The position numbers were made by a program, and so were the translations under genes. From a virus (taxonomy: Duplodnaviria; Caudoviricetes): DNA of 31,729 nt. Positions 1-8,709 of this stretch are shown here, piece by piece. Location: positions 1-31,729 of IMG/VR virus record IMGVR_UViG_3300020368_000005; one strand, 5' to 3'. Under the pieces are notes generated by a model. It was not told the origin of the DNA and made no database searches. It saw only the letters and a program-made list of their open reading frames with translations. Within the stretch, counting starts at the first letter, position 1, and every line of letters starts with the position of its first letter.

Positions 1-43
1 AACACGGAACATGGAAAGAACCTTTACCTGGGAGTTTATTATA

Positions 44-223
44 ATGAAATTATATAGTTTAGAATTAGTATTATTCGGATGGTTAGCATATAACATATTT
101 GTTGAAATCCATGATTGGGTAGCAGACTCATTTGAAGACAATGAACAACATTCAGAAATAGTAGCACCTGAGCCTGTTCTACCTCCTGCTATTGCAAAAC
201 CAGAGGTGGCAGATGCTAACTAA
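44..223 (+). CDS. small hypothetical membrane protein
   Basis: GGAG SD precedes ATG 44 (the track start at 11 is an alternative); hydrophobic N-terminus and acidic/Pro-rich tail. Confidence 0.6.
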   Translation: MKLYSLELVLFGWLAYNIFVEIHDWVADSFEDNEQHSEIVAPEPVLPPAIAKPEVADAN

Positions 224-401
224 ATTTATGGTAATTGTTTGGTTGGGATATAATTATGAACAACCAGTACTTGTTGGACAAGTTGCTGACTGCGATAAAG
301 GACAACAACTTGCACAAGAACTGCAACCTAATCACAAGGCCTTTGCTTGTTTTACAAAGGAACATTGGGATAAGAATAAGTTTTTTATTTTAAGATGGTA
401 G
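213..401 (+). CDS. small hypothetical protein
   Basis: GAGGT SD before ATG 213; overlaps the upstream stop; hydrophobic N-terminus and two Cys. Confidence 0.6.
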   Translation: MLTKFMVIVWLGYNYEQPVLVGQVADCDKGQQLAQELQPNHKAFACFTKEHWDKNKFFILRW

Positions 402-651
402 CCTTGAGTAGTGGCTGTCTAACAGAACGTTTCCAAAAGATTTTAGGATCCTTTGGTTGACAAATGACTTTGATCTGTGTTGCTAAATCATGATCAAGTG
501 ATTCTAGAAAGTTATTTTTTGCAAACGTTCTGCGTTCTTCACATATTTCTTTGGAATCGTATTGAATACTTGTCCAGCCATCTGGTTCAGCGATGTCCCC
601 AGGTGTCCAGACACCATTGAGTAAAAAATAGAATACTAACCAATACTTCAC
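385..651 (-). CDS. small hypothetical (possibly exported) protein
   Basis: GTG start; hydrophobic N-terminus, two Cys; directly follows the DUF1353-like gene on the same strand. Confidence 0.6.
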   Translation of the reverse strand: MKYWLVFYFLLNGVWTPGDIAEPDGWTSIQYDSKEICEERRTFAKNNFLESLDHDLATQIKVICQPKDPKIFWKRSVRQPLLKATILK

Positions 652-660
652 GATAATATT

Positions 661-1146
661 TTATATATTATCTTTGGTAGGCACGATTGAACTATTACCA
701 AATAGGTCTACTGCTTTCCAAGATGAATATATTTTCCAACCTGTAATTTTAGGGTCCGCATCGTCCATAGCCAACTTAAAGACTTTATCAGATGCAACTT
801 TGGCCTCTTTGATTAATTGTTTATCTTCCTTATCTTTCATTTTCCAACGATACTGTCTTATGCTTTTATATAATAGATCGTGGATTATTGCCGCTCTAGC
901 AACATCAAATGGTGCTATTGCCCACCACAAACCTCTTGGCACAGATGCTAGATCTGTTGTAAACCCTGAAGGTACTGTGATAGTTTCTGTTTTATTAGTG
1001 TCTCTTTTTACTTTGACACCAACACCTCTTAATGCTTTGATTTCTTCTACTGTTAGGTCTGATGTTGTGTATGATAAGTCTCTGCCCAAAATCCACTTAC
1101 GTGGTGGATTAAATTCTGCCATTATCTTGGCGTTAAACTGTCCCAT
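661..1146 (-). CDS. DUF1353-like protein
   Basis: motifs ITVPSGFTTDLASVP and AAIIHDLLY. Confidence 0.8.
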   Translation of the reverse strand: MGQFNAKIMAEFNPPRKWILGRDLSYTTSDLTVEEIKALRGVGVKVKRDTNKTETITVPSGFTTDLASVPRGLWWAIAPFDVARAAIIHDLLYKSIRQYRWKMKDKEDKQLIKEAKVASDKVFKLAMDDADPKITGWKIYSSWKAVDLFGNSSIVPTKDNI

Positions 1147-1176
1147 ATTAAACCTTTCGCTTTGTCATTATGATAA

Positions 1177-1201
1177 TATTTATGTTCAAAAGCAATAAAT
1201 A
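1177..1201. promoter_or_regulatory. back-to-back T4-type late promoter motifs
   Basis: ATAAATA on - strand (1177-1183) and + strand (1195-1201) between divergent genes. Confidence 0.6.
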
Positions 1202-1220
1202 CATTTAAGGAACTGCAAAA

Positions 1221-1481
1221 ATGAAAAAACGAACTAGATCAATATTAGAAGAATTAAACAATCTGCATCAAAAAAGAGATTCAGATAGTTTTATTGCTAC
1301 CACAGGTAATAATATCATTGAAAGTGCTATTAATTTACTGCAACGTATCAATACGGAATACGATCAAGAAACTGCATTAGATCTAGAACGTAGATTTATC
1401 AATAGTATTAAATCATCAGATCCACGTAAATTCAAACGTGGTTTACAGAAAGTTGTAGAGTCCAAGAATAAGGAACTATAA
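1221..1481 (+). CDS. hypothetical phage protein
   Basis: AAGGA SD; 86 aa; stop overlaps the next start (TAATG). Confidence 0.8.
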   Translation: MKKRTRSILEELNNLHQKRDSDSFIATTGNNIIESAINLLQRINTEYDQETALDLERRFINSIKSSDPRKFKRGLQKVVESKNKEL

Positions 1482-2233
1482 TGTTACTCACTGAAGGCGG
1501 AAATATCTTCAAAGATGAAACTGGCAAACCTGTCACTGGACGTATCAATCAAGCAGATGTTGATCCCACTTTACAATATGTTGAAAAGATCACAGGGTTA
1601 TCACTTGTTGATAACAAGTTAGGATCAACAGGCATTCGAAGCACCAGTGGTGATTTAGACGTAGCAGTTGATAAAGATAAAGTAAACAAAGATAGTTTAG
1701 TTGCAAAATTAAAAGCCTGGAAAGATAAGAATGCACCCAACGATGATGACAGAGCCTGGATTGCAAAATCAGGTATCACTGTACACTTTAAAACACCTAT
1801 CAAAGGAGATGTAAAGAATGGATTTGTACAAACGGATTTGATGTTTGGTGAACCAGAACTTATGAAGTTCGCAATGAAAGGTTCAGGAGATGATACGCCT
1901 TATAAAGGCAGACACAGAGCAATATTGATCAGCAGTATTGCTAAAGCACAAGGGTATAAATTTAACGCAGGACAAGGACTTGTAGACAGAATAACAAACA
2001 AAAGCATTTCAAAAAACGCAGATGAAATAGCAAAGACTATACTAGGACAAAGTGCATCAGGTAAAGATTTAGACAGTGTAGAATCAATAATTGCAAAAAT
2101 AAAAGGTGATCCAAACTACAAGAATTTGATTGCTGATGCCATTGACAAGTTTAAGGAAGAGGGTTTAGAATTACCTGAACAAGCAAACTTAAATCAAACA
2201 GGAACCATGCGTGATATCCTAGATAGGCTTTAA
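1481..2233 (+). CDS. Pol-beta superfamily nucleotidyltransferase-like protein
   Basis: LGSTG-x5-GDLDVAV (GS...DxD) plus a third Asp in VQTDLM. Confidence 0.7.
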   Translation: MLLTEGGNIFKDETGKPVTGRINQADVDPTLQYVEKITGLSLVDNKLGSTGIRSTSGDLDVAVDKDKVNKDSLVAKLKAWKDKNAPNDDDRAWIAKSGITVHFKTPIKGDVKNGFVQTDLMFGEPELMKFAMKGSGDDTPYKGRHRAILISSIAKAQGYKFNAGQGLVDRITNKSISKNADEIAKTILGQSASGKDLDSVESIIAKIKGDPNYKNLIADAIDKFKEEGLELPEQANLNQTGTMRDILDRL

Positions 2234-2234
2234 G

Positions 2235-3500
2235 ATGAGAATACATGAAATTAAAAAAAGCAAAGACCAACGTGTAGTCAAGCCTAGAGACCCTAACTTC
2301 CAAACAATGCAAGACTTACGTAAAAGTGGAGCATCAGGATCACATGGCGATAAAACAAAAGAGATTCCGCGTAAAGAAAAACACAAAGGCAAAGCCTATG
2401 ATATCAATGAAGCAGAAGCACGTATTCAACACGCCGAGGACCTAGTATTCTTTGATGGTTCGCGTGGAGCCAAACGTGCATTAGGCGAATTAAAACAATT
2501 AGCATCAGGAGGTGAGAATGTCACAATCAAATGGGACGGATCTCCCGCAGTCATTTTTGGACGCAATGATAATGGAGAGTTTATCTTTACTGACAAGTCA
2601 GGATTTAGTGCCAAAGGATACGACGGAAAAGCAAAGTCAGGAGACGATGTTGAAAAGATGTTCATGGCTAGACCAGGAGCACAGAAAAATCCTGAAGGAT
2701 ATAAAGCATTAGCAGGCAAAATGAAAAATGCATATAGCACATTTCAAAGTGCAGTGCCAGAAAGTTTTAAGGGTTACTTCAAAGGTGACCTTTTGTATTT
2801 CAACACACCAGTTGAAAAAAATGGGCAGTTTATTTTTAAACCTAATATTGTTCAATATGCAGTTCCAACCGACAGCAATTTAGGTAAGAAGATTGCCCGT
2901 AGTGATGTGGGCGTTGTAATTCATCGTTTAATGGATGAAGAAGGACGAGAAAGTACACTAAAGGATTTCGATATCTTTCAAGGTTCGAAACTACTTGTGA
3001 TTCCTCCCATCACGATTGAACAAGCACCTCAGGTTGATGACACTCGTGTTAAAAGCCTTGAGGCGCTTGTCTCAAGAAATGCTGGTTTGATAGATGATTT
3101 TCTTAATGATCAAAAGTTAAGAGAAATGAAACTTACTGATCTACCTAAGATACTTTATGCTTATACAAATAGCAAAGTAGATTCAGGCTTAGATAATTTA
3201 GGTAAAGGTTTCATGGGGTGGTTGCAGTCCAGTAACGTATCTGCACCAAAACAGGCAAAAATAGCAGAGTACATAAAGGCAAACATAAAAACGTTTGGTG
3301 CTATTTGGTCAACAGTTGAAGGCATTATGAGTGTCAAAAATGATATAATAAATCAACTAGACAACCAAAAAGGCACAGTAACGGCAACAATAAATGGCAA
3401 ACCAGGGGGCGAAGGATATGTCTTACAACACCCTGCGGGTGACATAAAATTAGTAAATAGAAGTGGATTTTCTGCGGCCAATAGAGCAGTAGAAAGATAG
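2235..3500 (+). CDS. ATP-dependent (RNA) ligase-like protein, DUF6267-like
   Basis: covalent nucleotidyltransferase motifs KWDG (I), FKGDLLY (III), GEGYV (IV), IKLVNR (V). Confidence 0.7.
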   Translation: MRIHEIKKSKDQRVVKPRDPNFQTMQDLRKSGASGSHGDKTKEIPRKEKHKGKAYDINEAEARIQHAEDLVFFDGSRGAKRALGELKQLASGGENVTIKWDGSPAVIFGRNDNGEFIFTDKSGFSAKGYDGKAKSGDDVEKMFMARPGAQKNPEGYKALAGKMKNAYSTFQSAVPESFKGYFKGDLLYFNTPVEKNGQFIFKPNIVQYAVPTDSNLGKKIARSDVGVVIHRLMDEEGRESTLKDFDIFQGSKLLVIPPITIEQAPQVDDTRVKSLEALVSRNAGLIDDFLNDQKLREMKLTDLPKILYAYTNSKVDSGLDNLGKGFMGWLQSSNVSAPKQAKIAEYIKANIKTFGAIWSTVEGIMSVKNDIINQLDNQKGTVTATINGKPGGEGYVLQHPAGDIKLVNRSGFSAANRAVER

Positions 3501-3510
3501 GAGCAAACAA

Positions 3511-3936
3511 ATGAAAATAAAAGAAATGCTAGACGACATCAAGGTTAAAGAAATTGATGACGATATGCGAGACTTAGGTCTTGATGGACCTGATTCAGCA
3601 GATGACGACAATGCTGGAATGGATCCAGAATTTAAACAAACACCAATGATTATACAAGTGGGCAAAGTAATAGACTCAAGAGGTAATCCAAATCCAATCA
3701 AAAGTGTTAAATCAGATGATGGTAAGGAACACCCTATTACGCCTGACCAAGCAAGTGCAATTAAAATGTTTTTGACTGCAAACTATGACATTCAAAAGAA
3801 ACGTCAGTTTACAAAAGATGTACAAAACAGTGAAACATTAGGTGCATTACTTAAAGGCAAAAACCCTATGGAGATGAAAGACATTTTTATTAAAATGTAT
3901 GCACCAAAAGGTAGAGAACAAAGCGCCTACGCATAA
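3511..3936 (+). CDS. hypothetical protein, putative head-internal
   Basis: AGGAG SD; MKIKEM N-terminus followed by an acidic segment. Confidence 0.75.
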   Translation: MKIKEMLDDIKVKEIDDDMRDLGLDGPDSADDDNAGMDPEFKQTPMIIQVGKVIDSRGNPNPIKSVKSDDGKEHPITPDQASAIKMFLTANYDIQKKRQFTKDVQNSETLGALLKGKNPMEMKDIFIKMYAPKGREQSAYA

Positions 3937-3947
3937 GGATTAATGTA

Positions 3948-4820
3948 ATGGAGTTTATCCAAGAGATATACGAAGCGAGGATGACTCGCAACAGTAGTAA
4001 TCAAAAGGTATTAACATACACAGATTGTTGTGAACGTGCCTACCTTACGATGCTCGTGTTGGAATTGCTTAGACGCTTTCCGCAAACCGCTCCTACGGCT
4101 CATGGATATGCAAAATCAACAAGCGGATATGACTCCTACAAACACTTTAGAATGAACGGCACAGACTTGTACAACTTTGTTTATTTTATAAATGGAAGTG
4201 ATGATGTGTTGAAGAAACTTAAGGATCCAAAAGGTGCAATAGGTTTACGTAAACAAACCACAATGCCTTTGATGAACTTTAATAGATATGTAACAAGATT
4301 ATCACAAGGACTTGCACCTAACATGGATGATCAAAATGTATTCATGAGAATTGAAAATGCGTTACGCATTAGTAATTCTGATTACAAAGCAGTACGTAGA
4401 AACATTTTTAATTTTAATAGATTAAGCACAAATGAAAAACAAAAAACTGTAACAAGACTTTTGTACGCATCAAGAGCCAAATTAAGATCAAGTGACATCA
4501 TTGAACATTTAGAAAAACTTGCGGCATTAAAAGATTATGAAACTAGAAGTGTTAAGGATACAGAACCAACTGTGTCAATGCCTGACTTACCAATTGATCA
4601 AAAACAATTAGCATTTTATAGATACCTTGTTGGTGCACCTAATTTATTATTAGCACAAAAGTTTATACAATTAGCAGTGCAAGGAAAAAGTATTCCGCCA
4701 CAGTTTGTAAGAGCATATTTTCCTGCAATTAAAACTATAGATAATATAGTAAAAGGCGGTCCTGCGTTTATTTCTATGCTAAGAGCATTAGAAAAACGTG
4801 CAAAACAAAGCCAAAAGTAA
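3948..4820 (+). CDS. hypothetical phage protein
   Basis: 290-aa ORF, AAGGA SD, N-terminus MEFIQEIYEA. Confidence 0.8.
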   Translation: MEFIQEIYEARMTRNSSNQKVLTYTDCCERAYLTMLVLELLRRFPQTAPTAHGYAKSTSGYDSYKHFRMNGTDLYNFVYFINGSDDVLKKLKDPKGAIGLRKQTTMPLMNFNRYVTRLSQGLAPNMDDQNVFMRIENALRISNSDYKAVRRNIFNFNRLSTNEKQKTVTRLLYASRAKLRSSDIIEHLEKLAALKDYETRSVKDTEPTVSMPDLPIDQKQLAFYRYLVGAPNLLLAQKFIQLAVQGKSIPPQFVRAYFPAIKTIDNIVKGGPAFISMLRALEKRAKQSQK

Positions 4821-4904
4821 CTTCTTTACCAAAATAGACTAAATATATTTGTAAACACATCGCAGAGTAGCGGTGCGTCATTTAAGAGAAAATAGGAGAG
4901 AAAA

Positions 4905-5246
4905 ATGGCAGGTATAACAAGAGTAAACGGTTTCGGACAGTTCGCACAAGGAACAGTCTATTCCGTAGCACAACTAAAAGCATTCATCATCGACGCTGGT
5001 GCATCATTGGCGGCAGAAGACGATGGGGCTAAAGAAGCAATGGAACTTTTAATTCAAGAAGTTCAACCATTAATGTACTACTCAACAGGCACAGACGGTA
5101 CTGTATCAGTAGTTTGTGATGGTCATGGTGTTGACGCGGCATCTATGCAGGCAAGAATCAGAGCATTAGGTTCATCTGCAGGTCCAAACAACTATGACTT
5201 CTCAGGCGCAACAGTAGGTGCGGCGGCTTCTTTAACAGTTGCATAA
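4905..5246 (+). CDS. small Ala/Gly-rich protein, likely abundant virion structural protein
   Basis: own TAAATA motif (4840-4845), AGGAG SD and downstream terminator; function inferred. Confidence 0.7.
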   Translation: MAGITRVNGFGQFAQGTVYSVAQLKAFIIDAGASLAAEDDGAKEAMELLIQEVQPLMYYSTGTDGTVSVVCDGHGVDAASMQARIRALGSSAGPNNYDFSGATVGAAASLTVA

Positions 5247-5283
5247 TAAACTGTAAAGAAAGAGTAGTTACACTACTAAACTT

Positions 5284-5316
5284 AAAAGGGCTCGGATTTA
5301 TTCGGGCCCTTTTTTT
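5284..5316 (+). terminator. rho-independent terminator
   Basis: AAAAGGGCTCGGA-loop-TTCGGGCCCTTTTTTT. Confidence 0.9.
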
Positions 5317-5334
5317 ATCACTATAAGTATTGCT

Positions 5335-5751
5335 ATGAACGTAGAAGTCAAGACACTAGTAGACATTACAGAAACAAAGAAGAATAAACATAATTGTCCT
5401 GATAAACTTTTGGTTTTAGAACAGGCAAATTTTAATACATTCTTCCAAACACTTTCATTAAGATTTAATCCTTACTATGATGCTAGTCCTGTTTTGACTA
5501 GGAAAGAACTTTCAGAAGAAGATGGATTTGGAAGTGATTATAAAGGTATGCATAACCTATGGACCTTTATGTTTAGGCTTGAAACTGCGGTTGCTGGCTT
5601 GGATATAGAAGCAATAAAAGACGACTTTGACCTAGTGCCTATAATCAAAAATTTAAATGAAAGCATAGTGATAAATACTAGTGCATTCCGAACTAAAGAC
5701 AAAGTAAGTACTAATATCGTGTTTAACCGAGTAGATAATATAGCAGGGTAA
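5335..5751 (+). CDS. hypothetical phage protein
   Basis: 138-aa ORF starting 5 nt after TATAAGTA; no SD. Confidence 0.75.
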   Translation: MNVEVKTLVDITETKKNKHNCPDKLLVLEQANFNTFFQTLSLRFNPYYDASPVLTRKELSEEDGFGSDYKGMHNLWTFMFRLETAVAGLDIEAIKDDFDLVPIIKNLNESIVINTSAFRTKDKVSTNIVFNRVDNIAG

Positions 5752-5862
5752 TACGGTAAATAATATTGTTATAGAGAAATAACATTTAGGCAAACTTTAC
5801 ATCCGAAGCAGGCAAAGTATAAAGGCCCCTACCCAGAGAACAAATGGTATGGAGAGATAGAG

Positions 5863-6099
5863 ATGGCAAAAGCCACTAGTTTAGAAAGAGAAAACTTAGA
5901 AGCACACGTTGACTTGTGTGAGCAGAGATATAACAATTTAGAACTACGACTGTCTAAAATTGAGACAAAAGTAGAGCATATCCACTCAGACATTACTAAC
6001 GGTAATAAGTCAATGATCAAAGTAATCATAGGTGCAACAGGAACCATTGTTGCTGGTTTGCTCTCCACGATCGTAGTAATCCTACTTAATCTAGGTTAA
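5863..6099 (+). CDS. coiled-coil protein with C-terminal TM helix (XhlA/holin-like architecture)
   Basis: GGAG SD; heptad region then IIGATGTIVAGLLSTIVVILL; function not established. Confidence 0.7.
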   Translation: MAKATSLERENLEAHVDLCEQRYNNLELRLSKIETKVEHIHSDITNGNKSMIKVIIGATGTIVAGLLSTIVVILLNLG

Positions 6100-6125
6100 C
6101 ATCAAATCATATAAATACTAGTGTT

Positions 6126-6437
6126 ATGCTAGTAAGTGAAATCGTATCAGCAATATTAGAAAAGCGAATATGGGCAAAGTCTGGAAACAAGGTTGTCCGT
6201 AAGTATAGATGTACCTCTGGCATAAGAAAGAATAGAATTGTATCAAATATAGGACAATGTTTTGCGGCCCCTAATGTCAAGGCTAGGATCAGACTAAAAA
6301 GAACTAGAGCAAGATTAGGATCAAGAATGGCACGTAAGGCACGTAGAACAAAACGTACAAATCCAGCATCACGTAGAGTAGCGGCGTTAAACAAGGCCGG
6401 TAGCAGACGAGCACCAAGGAGCACTAGAAGAAGATGA
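6126..6437 (+). CDS. highly basic Arg/Lys-rich protein (paralog 1)
   Basis: VRKYRCTSGIRKNRIVS motif; TATAAATA at 6110-6117. Confidence 0.8.
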   Translation: MLVSEIVSAILEKRIWAKSGNKVVRKYRCTSGIRKNRIVSNIGQCFAAPNVKARIRLKRTRARLGSRMARKARRTKRTNPASRRVAALNKAGSRRAPRSTRRR

Positions 6438-6757
6438 TTATTAGTGAGATCATAGAAGGTGCAGTTGGTATTTGGTCTAAGGGTAAAAGCGGACTAGTAA
6501 GAAAATATAGATGCACTGCTGGTTCTAGAAAAGGACGTATTGTATCTACACCAACAGTTTGTAATCAACCTAAGAGAGTTTCAAGTTCTATTAATATTAG
6601 AAAAGCAAAATACAAGTATGGACGTAACATGAACATCAAGTCACAAAGAACTAAACGTGCTGGTGCATTTAGTAAAAGACTTGCAAAAATTAATAAACGT
6701 AATTCTTTAACAATAAATAGGTATAAACCTAAGAAAAGAAAAGCAAGAAGAAGATAA
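6434..6757 (+). CDS. highly basic Arg/Lys-rich protein (paralog 2)
   Basis: VRKYRCTAGSRKGRIVS motif; ATGA overlap with paralog 1. Confidence 0.8.
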   Translation: MIISEIIEGAVGIWSKGKSGLVRKYRCTAGSRKGRIVSTPTVCNQPKRVSSSINIRKAKYKYGRNMNIKSQRTKRAGAFSKRLAKINKRNSLTINRYKPKKRKARRR

Positions 6758-7287
6758 TGAGATTTAACGAATTCCAACTTACTGAAGATGATATCCGTTC
6801 AAAGATCAAAGAACAATATCCACATCTGACTGATGAACAAATAGATGAGGCCTTACCAGCAGTGGTAGGAGCAATTGGTGGTGCAGTTGCCAAAGGTGCA
6901 ATGGCGGCAGGTAGAGTTGGCGCAAAGATGGGCACACAGGCCGCAAAGGCAGTAGGCAAAGGAATGGCCAAGGGTGCCAAAGCAGTTGGTAAGATGGCAG
7001 GTAACATGGCCAAGAAAGGTGCTGGCGCAGTCAAAGACAAGATGTTAAACAAGATACAACAAAAAGCGGCCGGCCAAGCAATGAATAAACTATTAAAACC
7101 AGGAACAACTATTCCTATGCCAACACAAGATGGAGGCGAAGAGGAGTTTGAAATACAACAAGCACAAGGACAAGAAATAACACTTAAACCAAAAACAACC
7201 CCTAAAGCAGGACAACCTATTGCAACTGTTCATAATAAAAAAGACTTAGAACCTATTCTAAAACAAATAGCAACAGGACAAGTATAG
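6757..7287 (+). CDS. Gly/Ala/Lys-rich hypothetical protein
   Basis: TAATG coupling; MRFNEF N-terminus; amphipathic repeats. Confidence 0.8.
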   Translation: MRFNEFQLTEDDIRSKIKEQYPHLTDEQIDEALPAVVGAIGGAVAKGAMAAGRVGAKMGTQAAKAVGKGMAKGAKAVGKMAGNMAKKGAGAVKDKMLNKIQQKAAGQAMNKLLKPGTTIPMPTQDGGEEEFEIQQAQGQEITLKPKTTPKAGQPIATVHNKKDLEPILKQIATGQV

Positions 7288-7288
7288 T

Positions 7289-7498
7289 ATGAAAATTAAT
7301 GAGTTATTAAAACATTTTGATATTCATACCAACAACGAAGAAAAAGAACTTCTAACAAGAATGTCAGAACCAAAACCGTTTTTATCTTTTACTGATAGAG
7401 AACAATTCGTAATTGAAGCATTGATACGCAAAGCATTAGTAAGTAAAAGAGTAGATAATAATACAGTTTTGGTAATGGCTAATGACCCCGTACAGTAA
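7289..7498 (+). CDS. small hypothetical protein
   Basis: tightly packed ORF; MKINEL N-terminus. Confidence 0.7.
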   Translation: MKINELLKHFDIHTNNEEKELLTRMSEPKPFLSFTDREQFVIEALIRKALVSKRVDNNTVLVMANDPVQ

Positions 7499-7910
7499 AG
7501 AATTAATACAAGCACTCAAGGACCTTGTCGATTCACAGGTCGATATTGCTATACCTTATGCCAAGGGCAATAGCATAAGACTTAAACACATTATTATACG
7601 TAAACACAGAAACGGGTATAGAATCTTTGATCTTAACACAAACAAGATAATTGCTACAACTTTCAGCAAAACAGGAGCAGTTGCCATAGCAAAAGTTATT
7701 GTCAATGAAGAACAACATAAGATAAGTGAAATACGTAAATTGGATGAAGATCTAGCAAAATATTACAATGATGCCGTCTTTTACAAGCATACAATAGAGA
7801 ATACAAGTGATGACACCCGCAGAGATGCCGCATTTACACGTTTTGAAATAGCAAATGATAAGGCAATGCAAATCAAGTACTCCATTGAATTATTCATTTA
7901 TGATAAATAA
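7482..7910 (+). CDS. hypothetical phage protein
   Basis: 142-aa ORF in operon context. Confidence 0.75.
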   Translation: MTPYSKELIQALKDLVDSQVDIAIPYAKGNSIRLKHIIIRKHRNGYRIFDLNTNKIIATTFSKTGAVAIAKVIVNEEQHKISEIRKLDEDLAKYYNDAVFYKHTIENTSDDTRRDAAFTRFEIANDKAMQIKYSIELFIYDK

Positions 7911-7935
7911 ATATAGTTACAAGTTAGGATGAACA

Positions 7936-8709
7936 ATGAAAATTAGTCAAATATCACAACCTATTACTGCTAAGACATTGAACGAAAGTCTGACTAAAAA
8001 GTTTGGCGAACGTATCAATCTTGAAGCATTTACATTAGAAAAATTACAAGATACTAGCAATAAGTTAAGAACTAAAATTAGTGACATCGAAACTAACGAA
8101 AGTTTTGATGCAGTTCATACTGACGAGTATCAAAAAAACAAACTATTTTTAGATATTATTAATGCTGAAATCAAAGAAAGATCAGAAGCAGGCGAAAACA
8201 TAGCAGAACCAGAGGCAGTAAAAGAAGGCGCTGAAGAAGAAGCAACACTTGTTATGGCCGCAAAGGATATGGTAGACAGAGTAACAGGCTGGATGGAAGA
8301 CACTGCTGAAATGCAAACAGAAGCAATGCTAGAAATAGGCGACAAAATTCGAGACGAAATGGGTTCTGAACAATCAGAACAATTCATTGGTTCAGTGAAA
8401 CCAGCATTAGAAACTTTATTCACAACATTAGAGCAAACTAGAGACGCACTTACAGGTGGCGTAGCCATTGTAACAGGCGAAGGTGCTCCCGCACAGATGG
8501 GAGACGAGGCTCCGGCAGAAGAACCAGAAATGGAGCCAACAGTAGATGCTGAAGCAGGCGCAGAGGCAGAGGCTGGAACTGAAGATGAATTTGCAACAAG
8601 CGAACCTGCAGTCGGTGGGGAAGAAGAAGCAGGCCGAGGTAAACGTGAAAGTATAGAACGTTCACGAAGACTTGGAAATATTCTGGCCGACTCAAAAAAA
8701 AAGTCTTAG
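7936..8709 (+). CDS. acidic helical protein (scaffold/core-like) ending at an A9 slippery site
   Basis: AGGA SD, tandem ATAAATA at 7903-7913; Glu/Ala-rich C-terminal part. Confidence 0.8.
   Translation: MKISQISQPITAKTLNESLTKKFGERINLEAFTLEKLQDTSNKLRTKISDIETNESFDAVHTDEYQKNKLFLDIINAEIKERSEAGENIAEPEAVKEGAEEEATLVMAAKDMVDRVTGWMEDTAEMQTEAMLEIGDKIRDEMGSEQSEQFIGSVKPALETLFTTLEQTRDALTGGVAIVTGEGAPAQMGDEAPAEEPEMEPTVDAEAGAEAEAGTEDEFATSEPAVGGEEEAGRGKRESIERSRRLGNILADSKKKS

Noticed and set aside
5844-5865. Holin-style dual start for the 5863 gene
   Set aside because: The upstream ATGs at 5844 and 5849 are out of frame.
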